DNA of 64,000 nt from Oligoflexales bacterium. GTDB lineage: Bacteria > Bdellovibrionota_B > Oligoflexia > Oligoflexales > Bog-1112. The stretch lies in assembly GCA_045105515.1 (NCBI GenBank), contig JBGCDR010000040.1:32001-96000 (forward strand). The letters run 5' to 3'. A program made the translations under genes and the position numbers. The notes below the pieces were generated by a model. It was not told the DNA's origin. It saw only the letters and a program-made list of their open reading frames with translations, and searched no databases. Positions 40,290 to 50,523 of the stretch are shown here, piece after piece. Each line of letters starts with the position of its first letter. Within the stretch, counting starts at the first letter, position 1.

Positions 40290-40736
40290 TTACACTTTAA
40301 GGTTTTCAACCAACTCAACCAAGAGTCCACCGGTAGAGCGAGGATGGATAAAGGCTACTTGAGTGTTGTGAGCTCCGGTACGAGGCTTCTCATCGACGAA
40401 TTCAATGTCCATTGACCTAAGGGAAGCTATTGCTGATTTTAAGTTATCAACCTCAAATGCTATATGATGGATGCCACCACCTTTTTTAGTAAGGTATCTT
40501 CCAACAGGGCCATCCGTTGATAAACTTTCCAAGACTTCGAGTCTATTGAAGCTGCCAAAGTTCTCTGAAGCCTCATCCGCTTGACTTTCATAAATAGAAG
40601 TGTTCACTTCCTGCTCTTTGACCTGAGATGATCCGACATATTTCAGGTTTAAACACTTAGAAAAAAACGCTTCGGCCTTCTTTACATCTTTTGGCACAAG
40701 GCCCAGATGGTGAATGCCCTTTACTTTAAAACTCAA
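40290..40736 (-). CDS. mce: Methylmalonyl-CoA epimerase (VOC family)
   Basis: IHHLGL, GGGIHHIAFEVD, AFIHPRSTGGLLVELVE. Confidence 0.9.
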   Translation of the reverse strand: MSFKVKGIHHLGLVPKDVKKAEAFFSKCLNLKYVGSSQVKEQEVNTSIYESQADEASENFGSFNRLEVLESLSTDGPVGRYLTKKGGGIHHIAFEVDNLKSAIASLRSMDIEFVDEKPRTGAHNTQVAFIHPRSTGGLLVELVENLKV

Positions 40737-40768
40737 AAACCACTCCTAAGCTAATTCAAGCCGTTTGT

Positions 40769-41215
40769 TTAACGACTGGTATTCAAGCCCATCTCATCTA
40801 TAGCCTTTTTTAATAAGACTTTTTGATTCTGTTTCAATATATTTTTGCTTTGATACAACTCGATCAAGGACTTTTTTGCATTGAAAGTAATATTGCGATA
40901 CTCTTCAGCGTCAAGTTCGCCAAGCTTCTTTATAAGTTTATCGAAAACTTCTTCCTTATCTATATCAGCACCTGTTGACCACTTACCTTTCCTTAGTGCA
41001 TTCGTCGATAATGCTACAAATCTGCTAAATCTTGCGCCTACGGTCCCAGAACGCCTTGACTTTCCAGCTCTGCTCTTTGCTTTCAACCGTACTAACAGCT
41101 CTTCGTAACTAAATGCAAAACTCGATTCAACCTCAGTGCTTCCAAGGGGAGTCTCTTGTACCGATGACCAAACTATATTTAAAGTATCGCCAGGCCTTAG
41201 CTCAACTGACGCCAT
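40769..41215 (-). CDS. Hypothetical basic cytoplasmic protein
   Basis: 148 aa ORF with GGGAGGA RBS. Confidence 0.75.
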   Translation of the reverse strand: MASVELRPGDTLNIVWSSVQETPLGSTEVESSFAFSYEELLVRLKAKSRAGKSRRSGTVGARFSRFVALSTNALRKGKWSTGADIDKEEVFDKLIKKLGELDAEEYRNITFNAKKSLIELYQSKNILKQNQKVLLKKAIDEMGLNTSR

Positions 41216-41661
41216 CTAAATCCTCCCTCATATTGATAAGAAAAGCCTTACAAATAAAGGCTCCCTCTGTTCTATTGCGATTGCTATAACTAAGCAGCCT
41301 TGACAATTGCTATAAATTAAGAGTTAATAATATTATAGATATTGCCATAACCTATGCTACTTTATAAGCAAAATATTCTTAATCCTCATATTGACTCATT
41401 ATCCACCTTGTATATTAAATCTGGCAAAATGTGTCAACGCTCAAACTAATTAATTTTAATGAAAATAGATACTTCTATTAAAAAATTCTCCGGTAAAAAT
41501 TTCAAATTAAGCTCAACATTGAAAATATTTTTCTTATACAAATATTTTCCGTATTATTAACAAAAGAGGATTAATCTAGATAAAAAGATTTCCTGCAAAA
41601 AACAAAAAAATTCCTGTTATGAAATTTAGGTGCAATCGCCAACAACAAAGTAAGAGTTGAC

Positions 41662-42945
41662 ATGGCCATTTATGGACGGAAACGCTTATCTATTTTTTTT
41701 GCCTGCATACTGCTCTCAATGATTTTAAGCAGATTGGTATGGATGCAACTACGCACCTACCAGCTTGTACCCTCCTTTGGTGCTTTTAGCACATTTTCAT
41801 ACATAAGCAGTGATTTCCGCAAAAATTGTCGTAACAATTCCGAAATTGCTGAGCTTTTCACACCGCTTAGACAGGAAGCTCAGTTGATTGCCCCAAGCTT
41901 TCACCGTTGGTTCATCCAGCCAAGCTTTATTCTTGTCTCCAAAGAAATCTGTGCTAAACCAGAGCCAATTCAATTTATCATCCACATGCATTGGATTTGT
42001 CTGGCACTTATTGTGCTTCTTGGTATTTTTCTTGCTAGGTTTTTATCTAGTTCCTGGTGTTTGGCAATATTTGTAGGAGCGACTCTTATGAGCCGAGGGG
42101 CACTATTGGCCTTGATAGGTTCTTACTCCGACGCTCTACCCTTAACACTACTTATGACCCTTTGGTTTACTAGCTGTATCCATTACCTAAGAACCCTATC
42201 AAACGTAAGCCTAACCATGGCACTTACAGCGACCATATTAGGCTCAATGCTAACGGGTAGCTTCATTGGTTTAGGTTTAGCCATCCCTTGCTTCTTGTTT
42301 ATCTTAAAGCGAAAGCCAGTATATCGACCCATTCAAGCTGCATCTCGAGGATACTTAAGCAACAATAGAAATTTCAAAGCCTTTTCTCCCTTAAGAATAA
42401 GATTCAGTATGTGGATCAACAGGACTCCAAATTTGCGAAAACAACTCCTATTTTTTTGGCTCATTTTAACAGCTGTGCTTATATCCATGCAAGTAAGCTT
42501 TAAGGCCTACCAGCTCTTTTATGGTGACAATCTTAAAGGGAATATCCTTGAAGGATTATCAAGGCCAACTATCAATACATTTTCGAGTTTTTTGAGCTAC
42601 TGGCTATTTGAAGGCATAAATACCCTCGACCTTCATTCCCTATTCAGTATTGCTATCATTTTTCTGTGGGGATTCTCATCGCAGCTGGAAAAAACTCATG
42701 AATATACAAAAGAAGCTATTTTGCTCTTTATGGTGTGTTTTGGAATCCTCTTCAGTATAACTTTATTCACTGGTTATCTAGATTTCATTATTTTGGGAGT
42801 TGCTAGTTTGAGCTCGCGTGCTTTATCGCTGAGAGTAATGCACCCAACTCCTTTCCTTGTTTGGCTTGAGCCTATTATACTAACATTAGGTATCATCGGT
42901 TTATATCATATGCTAAAAAGAAAAACGGTCAGTCTTGAACGCTAA
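41662..42945 (+). CDS. Polytopic membrane protein (possibly GT-C-like)
   Basis: 427 aa with about 10 hydrophobic segments. Confidence 0.65.
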   Translation: MAIYGRKRLSIFFACILLSMILSRLVWMQLRTYQLVPSFGAFSTFSYISSDFRKNCRNNSEIAELFTPLRQEAQLIAPSFHRWFIQPSFILVSKEICAKPEPIQFIIHMHWICLALIVLLGIFLARFLSSSWCLAIFVGATLMSRGALLALIGSYSDALPLTLLMTLWFTSCIHYLRTLSNVSLTMALTATILGSMLTGSFIGLGLAIPCFLFILKRKPVYRPIQAASRGYLSNNRNFKAFSPLRIRFSMWINRTPNLRKQLLFFWLILTAVLISMQVSFKAYQLFYGDNLKGNILEGLSRPTINTFSSFLSYWLFEGINTLDLHSLFSIAIIFLWGFSSQLEKTHEYTKEAILLFMVCFGILFSITLFTGYLDFIILGVASLSSRALSLRVMHPTPFLVWLEPIILTLGIIGLYHMLKRKTVSLER

Positions 42946-43036
42946 GATTAAAAATACAAATCATTCTAGATAAGTACAGCCTTTGATAGATAGATTGATT
43001 TTGAAGGCTGACATAAATTCTATTGGAAAGGATGCT

Positions 43037-43852
43037 ATGAGAGGATTTCCCTTTGCATTGATTGGAGCTCTACACCTTCTAACTTTTATAGCCTGCAGCC
43101 ACCAACCTAAGCGTCCTCCAAAAGATCAAATTGAGCAAACTAAGCTGCTCAATGACAAACAAGCTGCTACTCCAATTGCTTTAAGCCCAAATAGCTGCAT
43201 TCCGTTTAAAGACCCTAATTCTTCACTACCTCTATGGCTACAGAATCAAGGCATCGTAGTGACTCGGTTTGTAAAAGAATGCACTACTAATGAAGGTAAT
43301 AGAGGTTATGAGCCAGATAGCCCTTGGGTGGCAATGGGATTCCCTTGTACTGGAGGAGATGGCAGGATAGAAGTAGGTGGACACTATTTTGCACCAAAAA
43401 TAATTAGTCTGATTCTTTCAACAGACTGTTCCATGTTTCCATCATCATTAGATAAAGTACGCCAAGCTGGAGTCAGCGCCCTAGCTCTCAAGAGCAACTC
43501 GAAGCTCATGGCATTGAACCCATTTGCTGTGCAGTATTGGGAAATTCCAGGTTACGATGATGCAGATGTTGGTTTTACCATCGACCTACGCTCCATTGCA
43601 GCCAAACAACAATTATGGAAACAGTTCTTAGAAAAGAAACCAATCCAAGTCAAGCTTTTTGGACGAGAAAACGCTTGGATCAGAGGTTATCACTTCTTCG
43701 ATGTTGATGCCGAACTCATTAACACCGGGGTACAAAAATTTCAGATGCGCATCAAGAAAGTAACTCCACTCGATGGAAAAGGAATTAGGGAGATCCGCGA
43801 TAGGTGTGAAAGCCTCCAGCCTCGCAGAAACTGCTCGCAAGTCTTTAGATAA
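43037..43852 (+). CDS. Hypothetical Cys-containing lipoprotein
   Basis: AAGGA RBS before ATG 43037; lipobox FIAC. Confidence 0.75.
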   Translation: MRGFPFALIGALHLLTFIACSHQPKRPPKDQIEQTKLLNDKQAATPIALSPNSCIPFKDPNSSLPLWLQNQGIVVTRFVKECTTNEGNRGYEPDSPWVAMGFPCTGGDGRIEVGGHYFAPKIISLILSTDCSMFPSSLDKVRQAGVSALALKSNSKLMALNPFAVQYWEIPGYDDADVGFTIDLRSIAAKQQLWKQFLEKKPIQVKLFGRENAWIRGYHFFDVDAELINTGVQKFQMRIKKVTPLDGKGIREIRDRCESLQPRRNCSQVFR

Positions 43853-43871
43853 CGCACATTATGATGCATTT

Positions 43872-45479
43872 TTATAGTGTAACTGCAGTAGCAGACAACA
43901 CATGCTTTACAGACATGAGTTTTTCCATCATAGAGCCATTAACCTCACTATCTATTTTTACTAGCGCAAGAGCTTGACCTCCTTGGTTACTTCGAGACAG
44001 TTCAAACGAATCTATGTTAATCTGTTCACGCGCTAATAAGCTCCCCACGTCCCCAATCACTCCAGGTTTATCTTCATTTCTGATGACAATAAATCGACCA
44101 CTTGGCTCTACCTCGAAAGGATAGCGATCGATCAATGAAATCCTTATATAACTCTGATCAAACACTATTCCTCCTACACTCAAAGTTTCTCCACTTTTAT
44201 AGTGCAAAACAAACTTAATCGCAGAGTGATAGCTATCAAAATTTGGATCTTTGGACTCTTCTAAAGTCAAACCTAGGCTTTCAAAATGAGCCCCAGCATT
44301 CACAAAAGAAACATAACTATTCACAGCACAAGAAACGTATCCCTTCATCCAACCAAGCTTTATGAGACCTGGATCAACACCTGCGAGGTCTCCACGATAT
44401 AGAACTTCAATCTTATTTGGATTAGCTTTATTCAGCTGACCAGCTAAACGTCCGAGTTTTTCCGCTAAAATAGCATAAGGCTTTACCAAAGGATTATCAA
44501 CGACACCAATTTGAGGTAGATTTACCGGATAATCCACGACCCCACCTTCTAGTGCCTTAAGCACTTGGACGTAAACACTATCTCCAATTGCAAATTGAGC
44601 CTCTTCCGTAGAAGCTCCTATATGCGGTGAACAAATCACTCGTGGGTGTTGAGCCAATTTTGCCAATATTTCTGGTTCACTTTCCCATGTATCAATGGCA
44701 GCTCCGGCTATATGTCCCGACTCTAGAGCCGCAAATAAAGCTTTTTCAGCAATTACCCCTCCTCTAGCTGCATTTATGAGAAAAGAACCTGGTTTCATGG
44801 CACTAATGACTTCTTGGTTAATGCAAGATTTTGTTTCCCGGTTCAAGGGGACATGAACAGTGAGAATATCAACAGCGGAAGCCAAAGCTGTCAAAGATGG
44901 CAAATTCACTACATCAAAGCGGGCAAATTTCTCTGGGGCAATATAGGGATCATGGCCAAATACCTCCATATCAAAACCATGAGCAAATTTTGCAACCCTA
45001 TGACCCACATTACCAAGGCCAACAATCCCAATTTTTTTGCCCTTCAGTTCATTGCCAATAAATGTATGACGGTCCCAACCTCCACCTTTAACCTTGTGGT
45101 GAGCTTGCGGAATTTTTCTCAATAAAGCCAACATTATACCTAAGGTTAACTCAGCGGCAGAATTGGTATTCTTTCCAGGTGTGTTTAAAACTAGAATTCC
45201 CTTTTTTGTGGCGTATTCAATATCAATATTTGCCACTCCTACTGCCGCGCGTGCTATCACCTTGAGTTCTTTGGCTATATCAATTAGGGCTGCATCTATT
45301 TTAGTTTCACTTCGCGTTATTAAGACCTTAGCTGAGGGCACCAGCCTCTCTAGTTCTTCCCGCGAACAATCCGGTTCATACTGAATCTTTAGATAACTTA
45401 TTTCTCGGAGTTTTTTAATAGCATATCGATCAATAGCTCCGGTAATTAAAACTACAGCATTTTCCTCTTCTTTTACCAC
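43872..45479 (-). CDS. serA: D-3-phosphoglycerate dehydrogenase (with ASB and ACT domains)
   Basis: NTNSAAELT, GLGNVG, INAARGG, PHIGASTEEAQ, NEDKPGVIG. Confidence 0.95.
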   Translation of the reverse strand: MVKEEENAVVLITGAIDRYAIKKLREISYLKIQYEPDCSREELERLVPSAKVLITRSETKIDAALIDIAKELKVIARAAVGVANIDIEYATKKGILVLNTPGKNTNSAAELTLGIMLALLRKIPQAHHKVKGGGWDRHTFIGNELKGKKIGIVGLGNVGHRVAKFAHGFDMEVFGHDPYIAPEKFARFDVVNLPSLTALASAVDILTVHVPLNRETKSCINQEVISAMKPGSFLINAARGGVIAEKALFAALESGHIAGAAIDTWESEPEILAKLAQHPRVICSPHIGASTEEAQFAIGDSVYVQVLKALEGGVVDYPVNLPQIGVVDNPLVKPYAILAEKLGRLAGQLNKANPNKIEVLYRGDLAGVDPGLIKLGWMKGYVSCAVNSYVSFVNAGAHFESLGLTLEESKDPNFDSYHSAIKFVLHYKSGETLSVGGIVFDQSYIRISLIDRYPFEVEPSGRFIVIRNEDKPGVIGDVGSLLAREQINIDSFELSRSNQGGQALALVKIDSEVNGSMMEKLMSVKHVLSATAVTL

Positions 45480-45565
45480 AATATCCCCTTCACATCACAG
45501 GTAGAGTTTTCCTATGACCAATGTTTACCCTTTTATCTAAAATGGAACTATAAAATTTTTAGGAG

Positions 45566-47002
45566 CTATTTATGAACAATCGGTGAAGATGGGATCGAAA
45601 TGACTGGCAAAGAAAGATGATCAACGGCAGGGAGTAATCTGCGATAAACTATGACTCCCTCCTTGATAACAGAAAAATAGGTATGATGCCCAGGTTTTGC
45701 CCAAAAGCTCCAACGATCACTGCCAACGTATGAAGCTTTTAAACCACCCACATATATCAAAGCACGATTTCTTTGAACTCCATATACCTTAATTTGAAAA
45801 CGGGTCCAGGCTGCACTAGGAGGATTTAGAGGAAGGTGTGCCTTATGAGCCATACAATGGCTTTTATTATTTACACATGCTTCCTTACCCATAGTATCAA
45901 TCAAATAGAGGCTCTTTTTTGCAGGAACCTTTGAAAGAATACGAATCGGAAAGCCCGAAAATCCAGTAAGAGCGACATTGGAGTCAATCTTCCAAATTGG
46001 AGTTTTTAAGTCCTGAACAAACCATTTTGAACCATTTTTTATCAATGAATAAGGTTTAGGGGTATGTAGCTTAAGGGTCTGTAAGATCTTTTCGGCAGTG
46101 ATTTGACTACTGCCCGTATAATTTTTTAAAAAATCTATCTTTTTTTCTGAACCCACCCTTCTAGCAATCACTCTTATTACCCCAGGAAAAGAGGGGCTGC
46201 TTTTATAGGCAATATGGCCGACACCCACCTGCCATGGACTATTCTTTCGCAGTTCGAGACCTTTTTGTGCACTTGTTCTCTTGAGGGCTGGTAAGAGATT
46301 TTTCTTGAGTATTTGTGTTTTACCTTCCCTATCATGACCGAAGTCGAAAACTGAAAACCAAACACTATAGTAAGGATCATTTTCTTCCAAATTTTCTATG
46401 GAAACTTCTTGGGTTTGCCGAACAGTTTTTACCTGTTCCTTCTCCACAGTATTAGTAAGTATTTTTTTCCCTCCTTCAGGAATTATACGGTTACGAATTT
46501 TTTGAGAGTTTAATTTAACAGTGGCTTTTACTTTTAGAGATTCTGCATCATTATTTTCAATAGGGACAACAAGGTTCTTTGAGGCTAGTAGCTCATGATC
46601 TCTACTACGTTTTTTAAGATTTAAAGTAACAGTTTGACCTTTTCTAAATCTTAAAAATCGCCTCCATTCCCCATAGGAGTCTGTCACTCCAAGTACTTTA
46701 TCAAAATAATTCACTCTCGCACCAGCTACCGGATGCCCCTCAGAATCAATAGCTTTCACTTCAAAAAGTATATTGTGCTTCCTTTTTTCTGGATTTTTAA
46801 AGCTACTTAACTTTGGATAAACCAAGAAGGCTGCGCTAAGAATAAGCGAAATAGCTGTTAGGCCATGCCATAAGCGTTTGTTCCGTTGTCCCTTCCGATA
46901 TTGCTCCCAAACTTCTTTTAAGGTGGTTTGCGTTCCCCTTTGCGGATGGGGAACCCCTGCTCCTCCACTGTTCTTTTTTTTCACAATCTTAAGTACACCC
47001 AT
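45566..47002 (-). CDS. Membrane-anchored protein with carboxypeptidase-regulatory/PEGA-like domain
   Basis: TM helix, then DSEGHPVAGARV...GVTDSYG; start placed at ATG 47002 (ORF extends to 47059). Confidence 0.65.
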   Translation of the reverse strand: MGVLKIVKKKNSGGAGVPHPQRGTQTTLKEVWEQYRKGQRNKRLWHGLTAISLILSAAFLVYPKLSSFKNPEKRKHNILFEVKAIDSEGHPVAGARVNYFDKVLGVTDSYGEWRRFLRFRKGQTVTLNLKKRSRDHELLASKNLVVPIENNDAESLKVKATVKLNSQKIRNRIIPEGGKKILTNTVEKEQVKTVRQTQEVSIENLEENDPYYSVWFSVFDFGHDREGKTQILKKNLLPALKRTSAQKGLELRKNSPWQVGVGHIAYKSSPSFPGVIRVIARRVGSEKKIDFLKNYTGSSQITAEKILQTLKLHTPKPYSLIKNGSKWFVQDLKTPIWKIDSNVALTGFSGFPIRILSKVPAKKSLYLIDTMGKEACVNNKSHCMAHKAHLPLNPPSAAWTRFQIKVYGVQRNRALIYVGGLKASYVGSDRWSFWAKPGHHTYFSVIKEGVIVYRRLLPAVDHLSLPVISIPSSPIVHK

Positions 47003-47178
47003 AAAATCCACCTTTTTTTTCCTGCTTGTGCGAACCCTGGATCGCGCGGTAAATCCCACAACAGTTTGTCCTAGTCAGTGATAAAATAGGGACTTAGCTG
47101 TTTTGCATTCACCAAAAGGACCAACAATCGCTCTTAAAGGGCTCATCATCATCATATCTCGATGAATTAGAAGGAAAA

Positions 47179-48021
47179 ATGGGCAAGGTATACCTAATTC
47201 TTGTTATTATTTTTAGCAGCAATTTTTTGCTCCCTAGCGTCTTTGGGAAAGATCGTATCATCCTTGCACCAAACCCAGAGCCAGTAGTTCCACCTCCTCC
47301 AGACAAAGAGCAGAGTCAGCAGGATTTACAAAGACTCAGGAAGCGAAGAAAAAAACGCAAAGGAGGGAATATAAGCCGCTATAAATATTTCCAAAATAAG
47401 CGTAACCAACAACTCGTTAAAGATTCAGAAAAAAAAGGACCTTATCAGTTTATGACCCAGACAAGCTTAGTTTTGCCAGCAATTCTGGCAAGAGGCCCAA
47501 GAAGCAACTATACGAGCGAACTATCTGCTCATATTTCTACTTTTTTTAGATTATCACCCGACGAGGAGCCATTCTCTCAGCAATATTGGTGGGGCATACG
47601 CATCGCTCCCTTCGCTGGAACGGGAAATTATCAAGAAACAGCGGGTCGCTACAATTTTTTTTATTTTGGTCCCATGATTGGTATTGGCAGCTTGAGTAGA
47701 TCATTAGAAACCGACCAGAAAGAAAACAATGGTATCGTAACGCGATCAAATAAAAATACCCCTAAAACCAATGGGTGGTTTCTAATGGGGGGCATTGCAG
47801 CACATACACGTATCGTCCAAGTTGATCCAACTGATGACATAGCTGATAAAGAAATGAATACAATTAAATCAGCAAAACTCGATGGAACTGGACTCTGGGT
47901 AGAGTTTACCTATGCTAATATTTACTTTGGAAGTTTGGGTGCTCACTATGTAGCGGGTGTTCAGCTAGGTGAAGAAAAAGTATTTCTCTGGCTAGGAGTA
48001 GGAGCAGGAGGTTGGTACTGA
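47179..48021 (+). CDS. Probable outer-membrane beta-barrel with Pro-rich and polybasic N-terminal segment
   Basis: Signal peptide, amphipathic beta strands, aromatic C-terminus GWY. Confidence 0.65.
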   Translation: MGKVYLILVIIFSSNFLLPSVFGKDRIILAPNPEPVVPPPPDKEQSQQDLQRLRKRRKKRKGGNISRYKYFQNKRNQQLVKDSEKKGPYQFMTQTSLVLPAILARGPRSNYTSELSAHISTFFRLSPDEEPFSQQYWWGIRIAPFAGTGNYQETAGRYNFFYFGPMIGIGSLSRSLETDQKENNGIVTRSNKNTPKTNGWFLMGGIAAHTRIVQVDPTDDIADKEMNTIKSAKLDGTGLWVEFTYANIYFGSLGAHYVAGVQLGEEKVFLWLGVGAGGWY

Positions 48022-48680
48022 TAAAGCATACGCAAAAATTATCAAAAGTATTCTCACTTGTTCTAATCTTCAAGCTTTGCTCATGTACCCTGTTTAAAGG
48101 CACAGAAGGTCAAGAAGAAGATATTGAGGCTGAAAGTGACTACGAATATTACGAAGAAGACGGTATAGAAAATCCTCCTGACCCTTTTGCATTCCCCAAA
48201 GAAGCTAACGCTTGGGAGACTCAGGCCCTATTACTAAGTCAAGAATTGCCTGCTTCAGACCAGATACAAAACTGCTCTTCTGATATATCGCTTGCAGCAA
48301 AAGAAGCTAACAATGACGAAGCCCTTTTGACTGCAAAAAAAACTGTATTAGCAAGTGTCAAAGAAAATCCCAATCTTTACCATTGGTGTTTTTTCCTTAT
48401 TGCCCGACAGATGGACAGTCAAATAGAAGCCAGTGGAAAAAGACTAAACGAAAAAGTTGAGTACTTTTTGGGAAAAATGAAAGAACTCTGGATTCTAGGA
48501 AGAGCCCTGGATGCCCATCGCTCAGGAAACTCATACTTTACCTACTTGCAGCGCCGATATGTTGACCTATCTCAGAGAGTTTTTGGTCGGTACCTAGAAG
48601 TTGTTGGGAGCCCCTTAGATAGACGCCCGACTCGGAAAAAAACTCAAGGAAAGCCAGCAGAAGAGGCTGAAATTAATTAA
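48012..48680 (+). CDS. Hypothetical helical lipoprotein
   Basis: Lipobox-like LCSC, acidic tether. Confidence 0.7.
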   Translation: MVLIKHTQKLSKVFSLVLIFKLCSCTLFKGTEGQEEDIEAESDYEYYEEDGIENPPDPFAFPKEANAWETQALLLSQELPASDQIQNCSSDISLAAKEANNDEALLTAKKTVLASVKENPNLYHWCFFLIARQMDSQIEASGKRLNEKVEYFLGKMKELWILGRALDAHRSGNSYFTYLQRRYVDLSQRVFGRYLEVVGSPLDRRPTRKKTQGKPAEEAEIN

Positions 48681-49156
48681 ATTGGGGAAGCTTCATTTGG
48701 CTGCTTGACACTTGGTTCCAAACTCCCACAGACCTCGCCTCTAATCTTTTGATAATGAGAAAGCCGATCAAAAGTAAAACTAGGATTAGCAAGCCGCACC
48801 ACTGGTTCGCCTATGCGGTAGACCTTATATTGAAAACGGTAATCTACACTTTCTTTATTAAAAGAAAAAACAACAAACCTCCGATAATATTCTTTCAATG
48901 TCTCACCCGTAATCAAGCCAAACTGGGTCTCGAAATCACTTTTCTTAAAATCTGTAGAGAAAAAATCTTCACCTTGCACGGCAATGCTATAACCTCGCCT
49001 TAGTAGGTTTCTTCGTGCTTGAATCATAGAGATTGAGCACTTGGTCAACTCCTGAATTTGAGAATTTTCTAAAATAAGTTGAGTGCTTTGGCAGGCAAAT
49101 AAAATCGAAGTTAAAAGACTTAGTAAGCAGATCTTAAGGGTCATATGCATGTTCAA
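48677..49156 (-). CDS. Hypothetical lipoprotein
   Basis: Lipobox LFAC. Confidence 0.7.
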   Translation of the reverse strand: MNMHMTLKICLLSLLTSILFACQSTQLILENSQIQELTKCSISMIQARRNLLRRGYSIAVQGEDFFSTDFKKSDFETQFGLITGETLKEYYRRFVVFSFNKESVDYRFQYKVYRIGEPVVRLANPSFTFDRLSHYQKIRGEVCGSLEPSVKQPNEASPI

Positions 49157-49158
49157 AT

Positions 49159-49186
49159 TAAAGGAATCCTTATAGATATCCGATGC
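49159..49186 (+). promoter_or_regulatory. Sigma28-like promoter
   Basis: TAAA-N16-TCCGATGC. Confidence 0.5.
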
Positions 49187-49245
49187 CTTCTTTAGATTAA
49201 CTTTAACACGCAGATGATCCTAGGTGAAAGCACGAGGATAAATTA

Positions 49246-50523
49246 ATGTGTTGCCACCTTAAGAACTACACAAGAATTGCATTTATTGCTCTCCTCTTGT
49301 CACTAGCTACCCCCTACTCATTCCTGTTTGCTCAGGAAGAGGGGGAAATTGAAGATAATTCAGGAAAAGATGAAAACCCTGAGTTTGCTGTTGATAATGA
49401 CCTAGAGGAAATAAATGAAGCTGCAGATGAACTTGTGGCATCATCAAAATCCGTGAGACGGTTTCACGAGGTTCTCGATGAGCTACTAGCAGAATTTGGC
49501 TACGATGTCGAAACTGGACAGATCGGAGGGCTAAAAAATCTTGCTATTAGAAAGGTGGATGTAAGTGATGCCATTCCATCTACATACCGCAAATATTTAG
49601 ATTTACTGATATCTGAAAGAATCAGAGAGAATTCTGAAATCAAGCTTTTGACCTGCATTCCTTGTACCAGCAAAACCTCACGGATGATTGAAGGTAAAAT
49701 TATCATAACTTCACCCGCTACAAACATTGCCGAGTTGCGCACAGCTGCGGAGAGAATCGGTATCGACAATTTTATGGACATCGTTTTGGTATATCATTCA
49801 ACTCACATGGTTCTTGCTATGCAAATATTCAAATCAGATACCAACGAACTAGTTTGGAGCCGGAGTTACAACAGCGAGACTATTCGCTCTCGTTATCAGA
49901 AGCTTGCCATTGATTACAGTCAAGTAGCCCGCTCTCGACCTGGTGAGGATTATCAGCCCGAATACCGATTGTTATTAGGCCTAGGAGGAGCTGGTATTCC
50001 GAATGTAGCCGGTGGTCAGCTTGACAGCACCATGCTCGATATAGCTTTTCGAAGCACAGAAAAGTTTGACAACCGTCGAGCAGAATTTGGGATGCTCTTA
50101 AATGCTTATGTAACGTTAGCTAGCATCTTGAATGAATACCCAAAAGTTGATGGTACGGGCTCAGCCGAAGCAGATAGCGACGATAGCGTTGACCCTAACG
50201 CTAGTGATTTCGAAATTGCAGCTCAGCCCCAACCTTTTTCTTTTGCACTTGGGCTATTTGGAATATTTTCAAAAAATTTCCTCGGTGTAGTTGAATCATA
50301 CAACCAAGTCAGACATGGAGCTCATGTTGCTCTAGGTGCAGTATTAACTTCGGGGTATCTTGCACCGGCAGGAAAGTTAGGATGGGATGCTTTTTTCGGG
50401 AAACGTTTTATGTTTAGCCTTTCAGGGATCTATATTGCCCCTTCGCAGATAACTCTGGATGAATCCATAGTTGAAACAACCGGAGGAGTAGGAGGTGAAG
50501 GTGTCCTTTCCTTCAATTTTTAG
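49246..50523 (+). CDS. Exported protein: CsgG/TolB-N-like alpha/beta domain plus C-terminal beta-barrel
   Basis: Signal peptide ending LFA; LAMQIFKSDTNELVWS; CIPC; terminal LSFNF. Confidence 0.65.
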   Translation: MCCHLKNYTRIAFIALLLSLATPYSFLFAQEEGEIEDNSGKDENPEFAVDNDLEEINEAADELVASSKSVRRFHEVLDELLAEFGYDVETGQIGGLKNLAIRKVDVSDAIPSTYRKYLDLLISERIRENSEIKLLTCIPCTSKTSRMIEGKIIITSPATNIAELRTAAERIGIDNFMDIVLVYHSTHMVLAMQIFKSDTNELVWSRSYNSETIRSRYQKLAIDYSQVARSRPGEDYQPEYRLLLGLGGAGIPNVAGGQLDSTMLDIAFRSTEKFDNRRAEFGMLLNAYVTLASILNEYPKVDGTGSAEADSDDSVDPNASDFEIAAQPQPFSFALGLFGIFSKNFLGVVESYNQVRHGAHVALGAVLTSGYLAPAGKLGWDAFFGKRFMFSLSGIYIAPSQITLDESIVETTGGVGGEGVLSFNF

